From NCBI GenBank assembly GCA_963734545.1, contig CAVTHO010000009.1, forward strand, positions 244,151-308,150: a stretch of DNA of 64,000 nucleotides, written 5' to 3'. Shown piece by piece: positions 20,323 to 30,177 of this stretch; position 1 is the stretch's first letter, and the number at the start of each line of letters is the position of its first letter. Under the pieces are notes generated by a model that made no database searches, was not told the DNA's origin, and saw nothing but the letters and a program-made list of their open reading frames with translations. The position numbers and the translations under genes are program-made. This DNA is from an uncultured Spirochaetota bacterium (lineage in GTDB: Bacteria; Spirochaetota; Spirochaetia; SZUA-6; Fen-1364).

Positions 20323-20545
20323 TCATCCCTTGACTGCCCCTCCTGTAAGGCCTGCCACCATATACTTCTGGGCAAAGATGAAGAGCAGGATCGCGGGCAT
20401 CATGGCGGAGTCAGGTAGCCGAGGACGAGGTTCCCGCCCGTCGAATGCTCGCCCATGAAATCCATGACGCCCATTGGAAGTGTGAATCCCAGGCCGCTCG
20501 CTTTCGCCGAGACTACCGCACGTCGGAAGACCCTGAAATCGGATA
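20323..20545 (-). pseudogene. C-terminal remnant of a carbohydrate ABC transporter permease
   Basis: ...MMPAILLFIFAQKYMVAGLTGGAVKG* is a typical permease C-terminus. Upstream, in another frame, is GLGFTLPMGVMDFMGEHSTGGNLVLGYL. The ~200 N-terminal residues are absent and the MATE gene ends at 20591. Confidence 0.6.
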
Positions 20546-20590
20546 AATGCCGGATTCATGGATAGGTGGTATTGCCTACCGCCGGAAGGC

Positions 20591-21997
20591 CTATACTCCT
20601 TCCCTCTGTTCGATGGAAGAAAGCTCGACTGCCACGGCGGCATCGTCCCAGCGCTCGACGAGTATCTTGCGCTTCCAGACGCCGGACCTCCATCGGAGCG
20701 TCATGATGATGCCCCTGACCCATTCATCCAGGCACATCGCACCCCACAATCCGACGAGTCCGAGCCCGAGCCTTACTCCGGCGAGCCATGCCCCGAACGT
20801 CCCTATGAGCATCATTGAGACGATGGCCAGGACCACGGGAAAGCGTACGTCGCCCGCCCCCTTCAGCGCGGGATTGATGATCGTGTTGAAATTCCTGCCG
20901 GGCTCGTGGACCAGGGAGATGAAAAGGATCGTGGCGGCGAGACCGATGATCTCCTGGTCCTGCGTGAAAAGGCCGACGATCGGCGACTCGAACAACTTCA
21001 CTCCTATGACGAATACGAGTGAGATGAGGAATCCCGCGCCGAAGTATCGATACACTCGTTTCTCGGCCTCGGCCTGCCTGCCTGCCCCCACGTAGTAGCC
21101 GACCTTGATCTGGGCAGCCGAGCCTATCGAAATACCGGGCATGAACACAAAGCGCAGCACGGCGATGAGTATTCCATACGTCGCGAGCGCCTGCGTGCCC
21201 ATCCCGGCGATCATGGACAGGATGAGGATCTGTGAAAGATTGTACGTGAGGTACTCGCCCGCAGTGGGCACGCCCACGGCGACGACCGCTCTGTAGACGG
21301 AGCGCGGAACCTGCCGGATCTCGCCGAACGGAAGCGCGACCTCCTTCTTCCGCCGAATGATCAGGGCGTACAACGCGCACGCCACGGCCTGGCTGGCCAC
21401 CGTGGATGCCGCGACGCCGACCACGCCGAGCACGGGGAACCCGAACGGGCCGAAGAGGCAGAGGGCGTTGCCGCTCACGGTCAGGACGAGAGCGACGATG
21501 TTGACGATCATCGGGTCCCGCGGATGCCCCCATGCGCGCAGGATGCTGGCCTGCGTAATGTTGAAGGCCATGAAGAATGACAATCCGCCGTAGATGATGA
21601 GGAACTGGCGGGCGTACAGGGCCACCAGGGGGTCGAGGCGGTAGAAACGAAGGACAGGCCCCGCGATTGCGGCGACAATCCCGGAAAGGACGAGGGAAAA
21701 CGCAACGACCAGGCTGAGGCTGCCGATTCCCACCAGACCCGCCTCGCGACGCCTTCCGGCACCGAGGTTCTGGGTGATGAGGATGCTCGCACCGATGGCC
21801 ACCATCGTGTAGAGAAGCTGAATGAAGAAAGCGAACTGGTTGACCAGGCTCATCGCGGCAACGGCATCCCGGGAGAACCTGCTGAGCATGAAGGTGTCCA
21901 CGCTCATCAGGGAGGTGCGCAGGGTGTTTTCCACCAGGATCGGCCATGCGAGCGTCAGGAGAGGAATGCGGGTTCTGTCGGTGAGCGCGGCTTGCAT
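20591..21997 (-). CDS. MATE family efflux transporter
   Basis: 468 aa and ~12 predicted hydrophobic helices. LAWPILVENTLRTSLMSVDTFMLSRFS, QNLGAG, GVPTAGEYL and ALKGAGDVRFP are typical MATE patterns. Intact. Confidence 0.85.
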   Translation of the reverse strand: MQAALTDRTRIPLLTLAWPILVENTLRTSLMSVDTFMLSRFSRDAVAAMSLVNQFAFFIQLLYTMVAIGASILITQNLGAGRRREAGLVGIGSLSLVVAFSLVLSGIVAAIAGPVLRFYRLDPLVALYARQFLIIYGGLSFFMAFNITQASILRAWGHPRDPMIVNIVALVLTVSGNALCLFGPFGFPVLGVVGVAASTVASQAVACALYALIIRRKKEVALPFGEIRQVPRSVYRAVVAVGVPTAGEYLTYNLSQILILSMIAGMGTQALATYGILIAVLRFVFMPGISIGSAAQIKVGYYVGAGRQAEAEKRVYRYFGAGFLISLVFVIGVKLFESPIVGLFTQDQEIIGLAATILFISLVHEPGRNFNTIINPALKGAGDVRFPVVLAIVSMMLIGTFGAWLAGVRLGLGLVGLWGAMCLDEWVRGIIMTLRWRSGVWKRKILVERWDDAAVAVELSSIEQREGV

Positions 21998-22105
21998 GTG
22001 GGGCCTGCAGCTTACCTGCTTCGAAACGGAGCCACAAGCGCCAGGAGCCCTTCGGCCAGGAGGAACGGCGCGAGGCAGTTGACCGCGAAGCGGAGTAGCA
22101 GGAAC

Positions 22106-22900
22106 TCAGTCCATGTAGTAGCCGCCGTTGATGTTGACGGTTTCCCCATTGATGAACGCGGCGTCGTCGGAGGCGAGAAAGCAGATGAGATGCGAGATGT
22201 CCTCCACCGTCCCGAGCCTGCGCACCGGAATGGACGCCGCCGCCTTCGCCTTCTTCTCATCGGTCCAGTATTTCATCATTTCCGTCATGACCGCATGCGG
22301 GAGCAATGGCATTGCAGGTGACGCCGAACTGCCCCAGCCGCCGGCCGACGGACCGGGTCAGGCTGATGACCGCCCCCTTGCTCGCTCCGTACACGAAGAC
22401 CGTGGAGTTGTCACCGTTCTTGCCGGTGATGGAAGAGACATTGACGATGCGCCCGTACTTCTGGTCCTTCATGATGGGGGTGGCGGCGCGGATGGCGTAC
22501 AAAATGCCCTTCACATTGATGTTCAGGGTCCTGTCGATGATGTCGTCCGTCGTTTCCTCGATGGTGCCGGGAAGCAGCAGTCCCGCGTTGTTCACGAGGA
22601 TGTCCAGCCGCCCGAGCTCGTCTTTTGTGCGCGTGATCAGCATGTCGACCTGCGCGCGGTCCTGGATGTCGCACGCGATCACCATGACCTTGCCCGCGCC
22701 GCCGACCCGGATTGCGCCGCCGGACCGGCGGATTTTGCGTCGCTGCGGATCAGGGCGGCGGTTTCCTCCAGGCCGGCCGCGTCGATGTCGGTGATCACCA
22801 CGGCCGCGCCATCCCGGGCCATTTCCCGTGCGGTCGCCTGTCCCATCCCTTTTGCCGCGCCTGTGATGATCGCGGCCCTTCCCTCGAATCGTGCACCCAT
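22106..22900 (-). CDS. short-chain dehydrogenase/reductase (FabG-like); frame changes near 22715 and 22305
   Basis: MGARFEGRAAIITGAAKGMG (TGxxxGxG), LVNNAG, SSITG...VYGASKGAV (YxxxK), and the C-terminus VEDISHLICFLASDDAAFINGETVNINGGYYMD. Split across ORFs 22679..22900, 22257..23264 (C-terminal part) and 22106..22312. Confidence 0.8.
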
Positions 22901-22942
22901 GAAATCCCTCTCCCTTCAGTTCGCTCAGTACGCCTGGTCTGC

Positions 22943-23740
22943 CTAGTACGCGCCGGTGCTCTTCTGGCCGCTCACAAGGAGGACGCCCGAGCTTGTTCCC
23001 AGACGCGTCGCCCCGGCCCCGATCATGGCAACGGCATCCTCGAAGCTGCGCACGCCTCCGGCTGCTTTGACGCCCATGGTCGGGCCGACAATGCGGCGCA
23101 TGAGCGCAATGTCCGCGACCGTGGCCCCGCCCTTGTTGAATCCCGTGGAGGTCTTCACGAAATCCACGCCCACCTCTTTGGCGATCTGGCAGGCAAGGAC
23201 CTTTTCCTCGTCGGTGAGCATGCAGGTTTCCAGTATCACCTTGAGGAGAATGCCCATTCGGCACGCCCGGCGCACTGCAAGCATGTCCTCCCGCACCGTC
23301 TTCAGATCCCTGGCCTTCATGGCGCCCACGTTCATCACCATGTCGATCTCACCGGCGCCGTTGGCGACGGCCGTCCGCGCTTCGAAGCTCTTCACACGGC
23401 TGTCCATGGCGCCGAGTGGAAAGCCGACAACAGCGCACACTTTCACTCCGGTTCCCCCCAGGCGCCGCGCGCAGTGCTCCACCCACCGGGAGTTCACGCA
23501 TACCGAATAGAAATGATGCTCCGCTGCCTCGGCGCACAGCGTGGTGACCTGCTCTTCCGTGGCCTCGGGCTTCAGCAGCGTATGGTCGATATACCGCGCA
23601 AGATCCGAGGGCCGGAGATCGGAAGTGCGGGGAGCCTGAGCCGCCATGTGCGTCTCCTCTGCCGGGGACTTTGCTCCCTGCATGCCCAGGCGCGCCACGA
23701 CCTCCGCCACGATTTTCTCGATCAACTGGTTCTGGTCCAC
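22943..23740 (-). CDS. deoC: deoxyribose-phosphate aldolase (DeoC/DERA family) with ~45-aa N-terminal extension resembling a BMC encapsulation peptide
   Basis: The core begins [42 protein letters not shown] (Schiff-base Lys region), VKAAGGVR. The GTG start at 23740 lies 9 nt after the BMC-H stop. The extension is [31 protein letters not shown]... Confidence 0.9.
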   Translation of the reverse strand: MDQNQLIEKIVAEVVARLGMQGAKSPAEETHMAAQAPRTSDLRPSDLARYIDHTLLKPEATEEQVTTLCAEAAEHHFYSVCVNSRWVEHCARRLGGTGVKVCAVVGFPLGAMDSRVKSFEARTAVANGAGEIDMVMNVGAMKARDLKTVREDMLAVRRACRMGILLKVILETCMLTDEEKVLACQIAKEVGVDFVKTSTGFNKGGATVADIALMRRIVGPTMGVKAAGGVRSFEDAVAMIGAGATRLGTSSGVLLVSGQKSTGAY

Positions 23741-23749
23741 TATTCTGCC

Positions 23750-24055
23750 CTATTTGGCGGACGATTGCCGCCCCAGGGGCAGGGCCGCGTCCACTGACTC
23801 GTGCGGCCGCGGGATCACGTGGGTCGTCACGATCTCCCCCACCTTCTCCGCCGCGCGCGCCCCCGCGTCCACCGCTGCCCGGCAGGCCGCTACGTCACCG
23901 CGCACGATGGCTGTCACGTACCCGCCCCCGATCTTCTCGTATCCCACCAGGTCGACCTTCGCAGACTTCACCATCGCGTCCGCCGCTTCCACCATCGCCG
24001 CGAATCCGCGCGTCTCGATCATGCCCAGCGCTTCAAAACTCACGTTGTCCGCCAT
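23750..24055 (-). CDS. bacterial microcompartment shell protein, BMC-H (PduA/EutM/CcmK family, Pfam00936-type)
   Basis: [85 protein letters not shown]... is collinear with PduA along its whole length. RBS AAGGAAGGG lies upstream. Confidence 0.95.
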   Translation of the reverse strand: MADNVSFEALGMIETRGFAAMVEAADAMVKSAKVDLVGYEKIGGGYVTAIVRGDVAACRAAVDAGARAAEKVGEIVTTHVIPRPHESVDAALPLGRQSSAK

Positions 24056-24131
24056 ATATCCCTTCCTTGCTCTCTCAACGGCTCTCGCCGTCTGCTTCGC
24101 AGCCGCCCTCCCGGCGCGCAGCGCGCGCGAT

Positions 24132-25175
24132 TCATTTCCCGGGCTTCACGACGGCCTTGAACACCGATTGATGCTTGAGGTCTTCGAATGCCTGGTCGAT
24201 CTGCTCGAGAGGGTACTGGCGCGTGATGTAGGGCCGGGGATCGAGATCTCCCGAGGCGATCCAGCCCATTGTCTTTCGATTCTGCGCCGGCGTCGACGCG
24301 TGCACCCCGTGCACGGAGAGCTCCTTGTAATGGATGAGGTTGCTGTCCAGAAATCCCGTGGTCTCTTTTGCCAGCCCGCCGAACAGGCTGATCCTCCCGC
24401 GCTTAGCCGCAAGGGCAACAGCGTCGGACTGCGCCTGGCCCACGGGGCAGGCGGTGATCAGAACATCCACGCCCCTCCCATCCGTCAGCCGCTTGATTTC
24501 CGCGTGGAGATCGACTCTGCCCGATGCTATGGGAACGGCGAAAGGCACCAGGCGCATGGCCTCGCGCAGTCGGCTCTCATTCGGCTCGATAATGACGATC
24601 GGCTCCGCGCCCTGCATCCGGGCGAGCTCCGCGTGCATGCACCCGATGAAGCCCGATCCGAAGATCGCGACAGATTCCCCCTTCTGGATCCGCAGAAACT
24701 CCTGACCGTTGGCGACACAGGCAATCGGCTCGGCGAGCGCCGCCACCTCGTCGGGAACCCCGGCGGGAGTCGCATACACGTTTCCCCGGTCAAAGGCAAT
24801 CGCCGGGACCTCCATGTATTCGGCGAATCCCCCGTCGAACTGGAATCCGATGGTCTGGAGGCTCTCACACAGGTTCGTGTAGCCGCGGCGGCACGCGTAG
24901 CAGGTGCCGCACCCGATGGCCGGCGCCATCGAGATCCTTTCACCGAGCGAAAATCCCTTCCGGTCAGGACCGATCTCGACGATCTCTCCGCACAGCTCAT
25001 GTCCCGTCACGCGCGGGGGGGAGATCCTCTCATTGCCGAACTGCCAGGTCCGGAGGTCCGTTCCGCAGACGGAACAGGCAAGGACGCGGATCACCGCGCT
25101 GTCCGCCCGCGCGTGAGGCTGTGGATAGTCGCCCATCCGCATCGCCCCGGCCTTCTCGTACACGTATGCTCTCAT
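24132..25175 (-). CDS. zinc-dependent medium-chain dehydrogenase/reductase (sorbitol/threonine dehydrogenase-like)
   Basis: MRAYVYEK start at 25175. [20 protein letters not shown], the structural-Zn cluster [15 protein letters not shown], and GSGFIG (Rossmann). Confidence 0.85.
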   Translation of the reverse strand: MRAYVYEKAGAMRMGDYPQPHARADSAVIRVLACSVCGTDLRTWQFGNERISPPRVTGHELCGEIVEIGPDRKGFSLGERISMAPAIGCGTCYACRRGYTNLCESLQTIGFQFDGGFAEYMEVPAIAFDRGNVYATPAGVPDEVAALAEPIACVANGQEFLRIQKGESVAIFGSGFIGCMHAELARMQGAEPIVIIEPNESRLREAMRLVPFAVPIASGRVDLHAEIKRLTDGRGVDVLITACPVGQAQSDAVALAAKRGRISLFGGLAKETTGFLDSNLIHYKELSVHGVHASTPAQNRKTMGWIASGDLDPRPYITRQYPLEQIDQAFEDLKHQSVFKAVVKPGK

Positions 25176-25188
25176 CCTGCGGCCTCTT

Positions 25189-26372
25189 TCAATCTCCCAT
25201 GAGGGCATCAAGGCGCTGCCCGTCACGGGGAACCCACTGTCTCCAATACCTCACCGATTCCTCCAGAGCCGGCAGAATGTCCCTCTTCGTGTCGGTGGTG
25301 CGCACGAAAATTTCGAACGTCAGGTAGATCTCCTCACAACGCGGCGGAAGTCCCGGCAGAGGCTCCCCCTCATAGGACCGCGCAATTGCCTGGAGCACTT
25401 TCGCGGGATGCACGATACCCCCCAGGTTGTTCTCCGGTGTGAACGGGAGATGCGGTGACGACAGTCCGTCCGTCTGCTGCAGATGGACGATCGGGGAGTA
25501 GCATCCGATCCTCTCGAGCCAGCCATAGAGATCGCAGTCGGCCGGAGAGGCGAACAGGTGGGGGTACCGATTCATCTCCGTTTCGATGCGCGCAACGGCT
25601 TCCGTTCCTGCTCCCCCGCCGCGGCGCCTGTCATCCCTGAAGATCTTGAAAGCGGACTCGGGACCGAGCCAGGGCTCGGGTAATCCTCCCCACAGCGCTT
25701 TCCGAATCGTCGCCGCGTCAGGCCGGAGGAACAGCCGCTGTCCGGTCTGGTGCCCGGTGTCCATGGCCACGTACGCACGGGCCCGCCCCGCCGCGTCACC
25801 TCCCGCATGTAGCGCTCCGTGCCGGCAATCGTCCACGGCGGCTGGTGCGGCGTGTACATCTGTTCGAGGACGATCGGAATCGGTCCCTGCTCGTGCGCGA
25901 ACCGGGCCACCTCGGCGAGCTCGTCGTAGAGGATCTCCTCCGCGGCGGCATAGGCGGCGGGATCCTGCAGGGCGCTCTCCGAAATGGCATGGATGAAGAA
26001 GCCGGCGCCCGCTTTGACCGTCGAAGCGATCCTGATCATCACCTTCAGCCAGTCATTGACGATCCGCGCGCGCACACGGGGATCCGGGTGGGCGAGACCG
26101 AGTGTGCGGTACGTGGTGTACCCGGTATAGAAGTTCGCCACCCGCAGGCCCTCCGCCTCCACGGCTTTGCGCACGTCCGTGATCCATTCCGAGAGGTATT
26201 CGAAGCCGCAATAGAAGGGGTCCGCCTCGGTGTCCGCGCTCGCCTCCACGAAGGACACACCCAGCTCGCGGATGATCTTCGCCCACTCGGAGGGTCGGGT
26301 CCATCGTTTCGTCGCGAAGGAGTTGTCCATCGCCAGGTAGATCCGGGGATACTTCGTCACGCTCTGCTCCAT
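25189..26372 (-). CDS. xylose-isomerase-like TIM-barrel sugar (phosphate) isomerase/epimerase; one frame change near 25800
   Basis: MEQSVTKYPRIYLAMDNSFATKRWTRPSEW...GVSFVEASADTE...FFIHAISE... is in ORF 25572..26372. The reading continues as AAGRARAYVAMDTGHQTG...HLQQTDG... in ORF 25189..25836. The specific substrate is unknown. Confidence 0.65.
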
Positions 26373-26384
26373 TTCTTTCCCGGG

Positions 26385-27881
26385 CTATCGGCCCACGACG
26401 TCCAGATATTTTCCGAAAGCCTCGTCCCACGGCGCCTTTGCGTGCGGCTCATAGAAGACGACTTCGGATGACCGCAGGGAAATCTCCCGCCCCTGCGCCA
26501 GCGTCGTGATCTCGCCGTCGTGCTTCAGCTGCATGAGCAGGTTTCCCATCGAAGTGGTCTCCGGGGGCCCCGCCATCACCGGGATGCCGGTGGCATCGGC
26601 CGTCCACTGGCACAACATGCGGTTCTGGATCCCTCCTCCCACGAGGTGGAGCAGGTTCAGCCTTTTCCCGGTGAGCCGCTCCAGGGTTTCCATGTTCTGG
26701 CGGTATTTCAGCACCAGGCTCTCGTACACCGAACGGGCCACGGCCCCTCTCGATCCCGCGAGCCTCTGGCCCTTCTTTTCGCAATAGCCGATGATGACCC
26801 CCGGCATGTCCGCCTGGGGGAGCGCGAACGCCGGATCGTCCACGTCGATGAAGGCTGTCGCGGATCCCGCCTTCTCCGATTCCCCGACGATCTGGTCCCA
26901 GGCGATCTCGGCGCCGTCCGCGGTCCAGCTCTGGCGGCACTGCTGGATGATCCACAGGCCGGTAATGTAGTTCACGAGCATGTTGCGGCCGTCCGCGATC
27001 GCGTTGTTTCCGTAGCCGGACTCGAACGCCGCGTCCGTCACGATGGGCCGGGGCGTCTCGATGCCGGCGATCGACCAGGTCCCCATGGAGATGAACGCCC
27101 AATGCAGGGAGGGATCGGCCACCGGGATACCCGTGACCGCGGAGGCGGTGTCATGCGTCGCGGGCGCGACGACGGGAACCGGTGAAACCGCCAGCTCCTC
27201 GCACACCTGGGGCTGCAGGGGCCCGACGAGGTCCCCGGGCATGACGATTTCTCCCAGCATCGAATCGGAAATGCCCAGACGTGCCAGGATGCGTTTCTCC
27301 CAGGTCCGCGCGTCCTGGTTGCAGAGCAGCGACATTGTTGCGTTGGTGTACTCGTTGACCGCCCGGCCCGTGAGCAGGTAGTTGAGCAGGTCCGGGATCA
27401 TCAGCAGCCGATGGCCGCTGGCGAGCTCGGTAGCGTGGTCGCAGCGGAATGAGTAGAGCTGGTAGAGCCCCATGATGCCCATGGTGGAACCGGCACAGAG
27501 CTGGAACAGCTCGCGGCGGGGGAGCTCCTTGTACAGCAGGGGGATGCGCTCGTGACGCAGCGCTTCCCGGTAGGTCACCGGGTTGGCCAGGAGCCTGCCA
27601 TTACGGTCGATGAAGCCGAAGTCGCAGCCCCACGTGTCGATGCCGAGGGAGATCACATCCGGGTATTTCCGCAGGGAGACCTGGAGGCCGATCTTGAGCT
27701 CCGAAAAGAGACGGAGGATGTCCCAGTAGAGCGTGCCGGCCGCGATGACGGCCCGATTGTCGAAGCGGTAGGTGACATCCATGGTGACGCGCGCGCCGTC
27801 GAAACCGGCGACAATGGCCCGTCCATTGCTCGCTCCGAAGTCGAAAATCAGGTAGTGCTTCACCGCCACGGCCGCCTCCAA
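26385..27881 (-). CDS. FGGY-family carbohydrate kinase, rhamnulokinase-like
   Basis: HYLIFDFGASNGRAIV, GIDTWGCDFGFID, ATHDTASAV, ISMGTWS, HLVGGGIQNRMLCQWTADATG. The TTG at 27881 is the ORF-track start; the GTG at 27869 sits 5 nt after GGAGG and may be the true start. Confidence 0.85.
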   Translation of the reverse strand: MEAAVAVKHYLIFDFGASNGRAIVAGFDGARVTMDVTYRFDNRAVIAAGTLYWDILRLFSELKIGLQVSLRKYPDVISLGIDTWGCDFGFIDRNGRLLANPVTYREALRHERIPLLYKELPRRELFQLCAGSTMGIMGLYQLYSFRCDHATELASGHRLLMIPDLLNYLLTGRAVNEYTNATMSLLCNQDARTWEKRILARLGISDSMLGEIVMPGDLVGPLQPQVCEELAVSPVPVVAPATHDTASAVTGIPVADPSLHWAFISMGTWSIAGIETPRPIVTDAAFESGYGNNAIADGRNMLVNYITGLWIIQQCRQSWTADGAEIAWDQIVGESEKAGSATAFIDVDDPAFALPQADMPGVIIGYCEKKGQRLAGSRGAVARSVYESLVLKYRQNMETLERLTGKRLNLLHLVGGGIQNRMLCQWTADATGIPVMAGPPETTSMGNLLMQLKHDGEITTLAQGREISLRSSEVVFYEPHAKAPWDEAFGKYLDVVGR

Positions 27882-27924
27882 TCAGATATTCTCATTTGCT
27901 CGGTGACTGAATAATTGCTCACTC

Positions 27925-27953
27925 ACCATAATATACACCTCCCGTGCTGTCAA
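27925..27953 (-). promoter_or_regulatory. candidate sigma70-type promoter TTGACA-N17-TATGGT
   Basis: Minus strand: TTGACA (plus 27948-27953). The -10 region is AT-rich (TATATTATGGT). It lies between the SDR remnant and the kinase gene. Confidence 0.4.
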
Positions 27954-27973
27954 GAACGGCAGCCGCCTGCTGC

Positions 27974-28249
27974 CTAGAAAGGGGCGCTCGACCGCCGGCG
28001 GATGTATATCTCGTCTATCGCCGCCGTCGGGGAGAGAGAGAGGAGGAAGAGCACGGCATCCGCGATGTCCTCCGGTCTCATGAGCGCGGAGCGATCGATA
28101 TCCGGGCGCAGGGCCTCCATCAAGCGCGTATCCACTCCCCCCGGGAGCACGGCGGACACGCGGATCCCGTGCGGCTGCGCTTCGGCGGTGCCGATCCCCC
28201 TGCCCGCCCCTGTCACGAGCGCAACCTGTCCGGAAAGATCCGTCTTCAC
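27974..28249 (-). pseudogene. short-chain dehydrogenase remnant with large in-frame internal deletion
   Basis: The 91-aa ORF joins the SDR N-terminus (LSGQVALVTGAGRGIG) directly to the SDR C-terminal region (HGIRVSAVLPGGVDT...PEDIADAVLFLLS). The ~140 residues carrying the NNAG and YxxxK motifs are missing. Confidence 0.7.
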
Positions 28250-29238
28250 GGGGTCTTCCCGCGGAGCAGCTCCCGCGCGGTGCTTTCGTCCGTGATCAGC
28301 ACGTTGATGTACTTCTTCAGCAGGGCCGCGCGAATGGCGTGCACCTTCGACGGTCCTCCGGCCACGCCGATGATCAGCTTTTTCGGATCTCCCATGACGT
28401 CCATGGGGATGCCGATCACCCGGTCGTGGACCTCATCGTCGATGAAGTCACCGTTGGCGTCGAAATAGCGGCACAGGATATCCCCCACCGCGCCCTTGCC
28501 GATCAGGCGTTGAAGGTCCCCCGGGCTGAGATATCCCATTTTGAAGAGGCTCGCCGACTTGGACGCCTCTCCAATTGAGATGAGCAGCACGTCGGCGCGG
28601 CAGGCAATGTCCAGGACCTCTTTGATCCAGGGCTCGGACTTGAAGACCTCGGCCCGCTCCTTGGTCTGCGCGATGGCCGGCGCCCATATATTATAGAAGG
28701 AGGCATCGAGCTTTCGCGCGATCTTCTCCGCCATGATGTACGGGTTCATCGTCACGTTGATCATGAGGTTCCCGATGAGGCTGACAATCTCGATCTTGCC
28801 GGTGACGAGCTGGGGCTCGAAAAAATCCGCCAGGGACGCGGTCGTGTTCCCCCAGCCGATGCCGAGAACGCATTTCTTCAGCGCGCCGATCTTGCGCTCG
28901 AGGTACGCGGCCCCCGCCATGGCAGCGCCCCGCAGCCGGCGGGAGGGGTCTTCAGAGGCCAGGGGGGCCACCACGGCGTCCTTCAATCCGAACTTCTGCC
29001 GGATTTCAGACTCAATGCTCATCAGGTTCTCGTAGGGATGTTTCAACGTGAACTGGATGATATCGAGGTCACGGGCCTTCTCGAGGAGCCGCTGTACTTT
29101 CTGGCGTGAGAGGGAGACCCGCTCCGCAATCTCCTGCTGGGTCATCTTTTCCTTGTAGTACAGCCACGCGATCCGCGTGATAATGTCTTCCTCGGATTCC
29201 TTGCGCGTGGCCTCCTCTTTTCCCCGGCGGTTTTTCAT
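28246..29238 (-). CDS. SorC/DeoR(B. subtilis)-type sugar-binding transcriptional regulator
   Basis: N-terminal HTH IAWLYYKEKMTQQEIAERVSLSRQKVQRLLEKA. The C-terminal putative sugar-binding domain carries GIGWGNT and VGDILCRYFD. Its stop overlaps the remnant start. Confidence 0.85.
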   Translation of the reverse strand: MKNRRGKEEATRKESEEDIITRIAWLYYKEKMTQQEIAERVSLSRQKVQRLLEKARDLDIIQFTLKHPYENLMSIESEIRQKFGLKDAVVAPLASEDPSRRLRGAAMAGAAYLERKIGALKKCVLGIGWGNTTASLADFFEPQLVTGKIEIVSLIGNLMINVTMNPYIMAEKIARKLDASFYNIWAPAIAQTKERAEVFKSEPWIKEVLDIACRADVLLISIGEASKSASLFKMGYLSPGDLQRLIGKGAVGDILCRYFDANGDFIDDEVHDRVIGIPMDVMGDPKKLIIGVAGGPSKVHAIRAALLKKYINVLITDESTARELLRGKTP

Positions 29239-29684
29239 GTGGTGTGCTGAAGCGCGGACTTCACTATACCTTTCTTCAATATGATGTTCGCGTATATCGC
29301 GCTCTCGCTCGTGGCGAGAATGGCGTACGCCTTCTGCGCCCTTTCGTAGAACGCGAACCGCTCGACCAGCTCGAAATCTGTGAACGCCGGGTCGTGGCGG
29401 CGGATGATCTCGCGGTACTCGTCCCAGATCGCGGTCTTCGCGGTATCTCCGGGCACGACCGCCATGAGCGCCACGGGATGCGGCACATAGGCGTCGAGCG
29501 GGAAGAATCGCATGATCGCGTCCAGCAGGGGCGGCACTCCGTGACCGTCGGCACGCAGGAGGCGGCGGGCCATGCTCGAGGCGGGAAAATTGCCGTCCGC
29601 GATGACGAGCTCGTCGCCGTGTCCCATTGAGAGGAGGACGCTCATGAGATCCGGGGAGATGATTGTCGGAATACCTTTCAACAT
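29235..29684 (-). CDS. fucU: RbsD/FucU family mutarotase (L-fucose mutarotase-like)
   Basis: MLKGIPTIISPDLMSVLLSMGHGDELVIADGNFP... and a 149-aa length are typical of FucU/RbsD. It overlaps the SorC gene start by 4 nt. Confidence 0.8.
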   Translation of the reverse strand: MLKGIPTIISPDLMSVLLSMGHGDELVIADGNFPASSMARRLLRADGHGVPPLLDAIMRFFPLDAYVPHPVALMAVVPGDTAKTAIWDEYREIIRRHDPAFTDFELVERFAFYERAQKAYAILATSESAIYANIILKKGIVKSALQHTT

Positions 29685-29734
29685 GATGTGCTCCTTTGAA
29701 ATCTGGCGGCCCTCGCGGGCCGCGCCCTCAATGC

Positions 29735-30050
29735 TACTTGGTCAGATGCACGAACTCGATGCCGGCCGCCTCGCAGAACACCTTCAGCTCCTTGATCCAG
29801 TTCCCATAGGTGCCGTGGATATGGTTGCAGCTCATGGCCTGGATGAATGTCTCCATGTCGCAGTCATTCGGGCGAATGCATGCGGCCAGTTGTCCTGCTC
29901 GATGGCCGCCAGCTTCTCGTCCTCTTCCGCGCCGAATGAGACGAACTCACCATGCACCGCCACCATCTTGTAGTGGGTCGTGCCGCCGCTGCGCGTCAGG
30001 CGCGCCAGCGTGACCTCTCCGGGCCTGGCGATATGATAGACCGAAGGGCC
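29735..30050 (-). pseudogene. C-terminal remnant of an L-fucose/L-arabinose isomerase-family gene
   Basis: ...PGEVTLARLTRSGGTTHYKMVAVHGEFVSFGAEEDEKLAAIEQDNWPHAFAR and then, after a frame change, MDCDMETFIQAMSCNHIHGTYGNWIKELKVFCEAAGIEFVHLTK*. Only ~95 of the expected ~450-600 residues are present. Confidence 0.55.
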
Positions 30051-30177
30051 GCCTGCTGGAAAGGAGAAGCCCTTCCTCTTCCTTTCTGGTCCCCCGGGTC
30101 AACGACCCGGTCTATAGGCAGGAGACACCCCCGCACCAATCCGCCGTTCATCTGCTCACATATTGAATATTTGCTCG

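Noticed and set aside
23646-25202. 518-aa ORF (+) across deoC, BMC-H and the dehydrogenase
   Set aside because: It is antisense to three strongly supported minus-strand genes and has no motifs.
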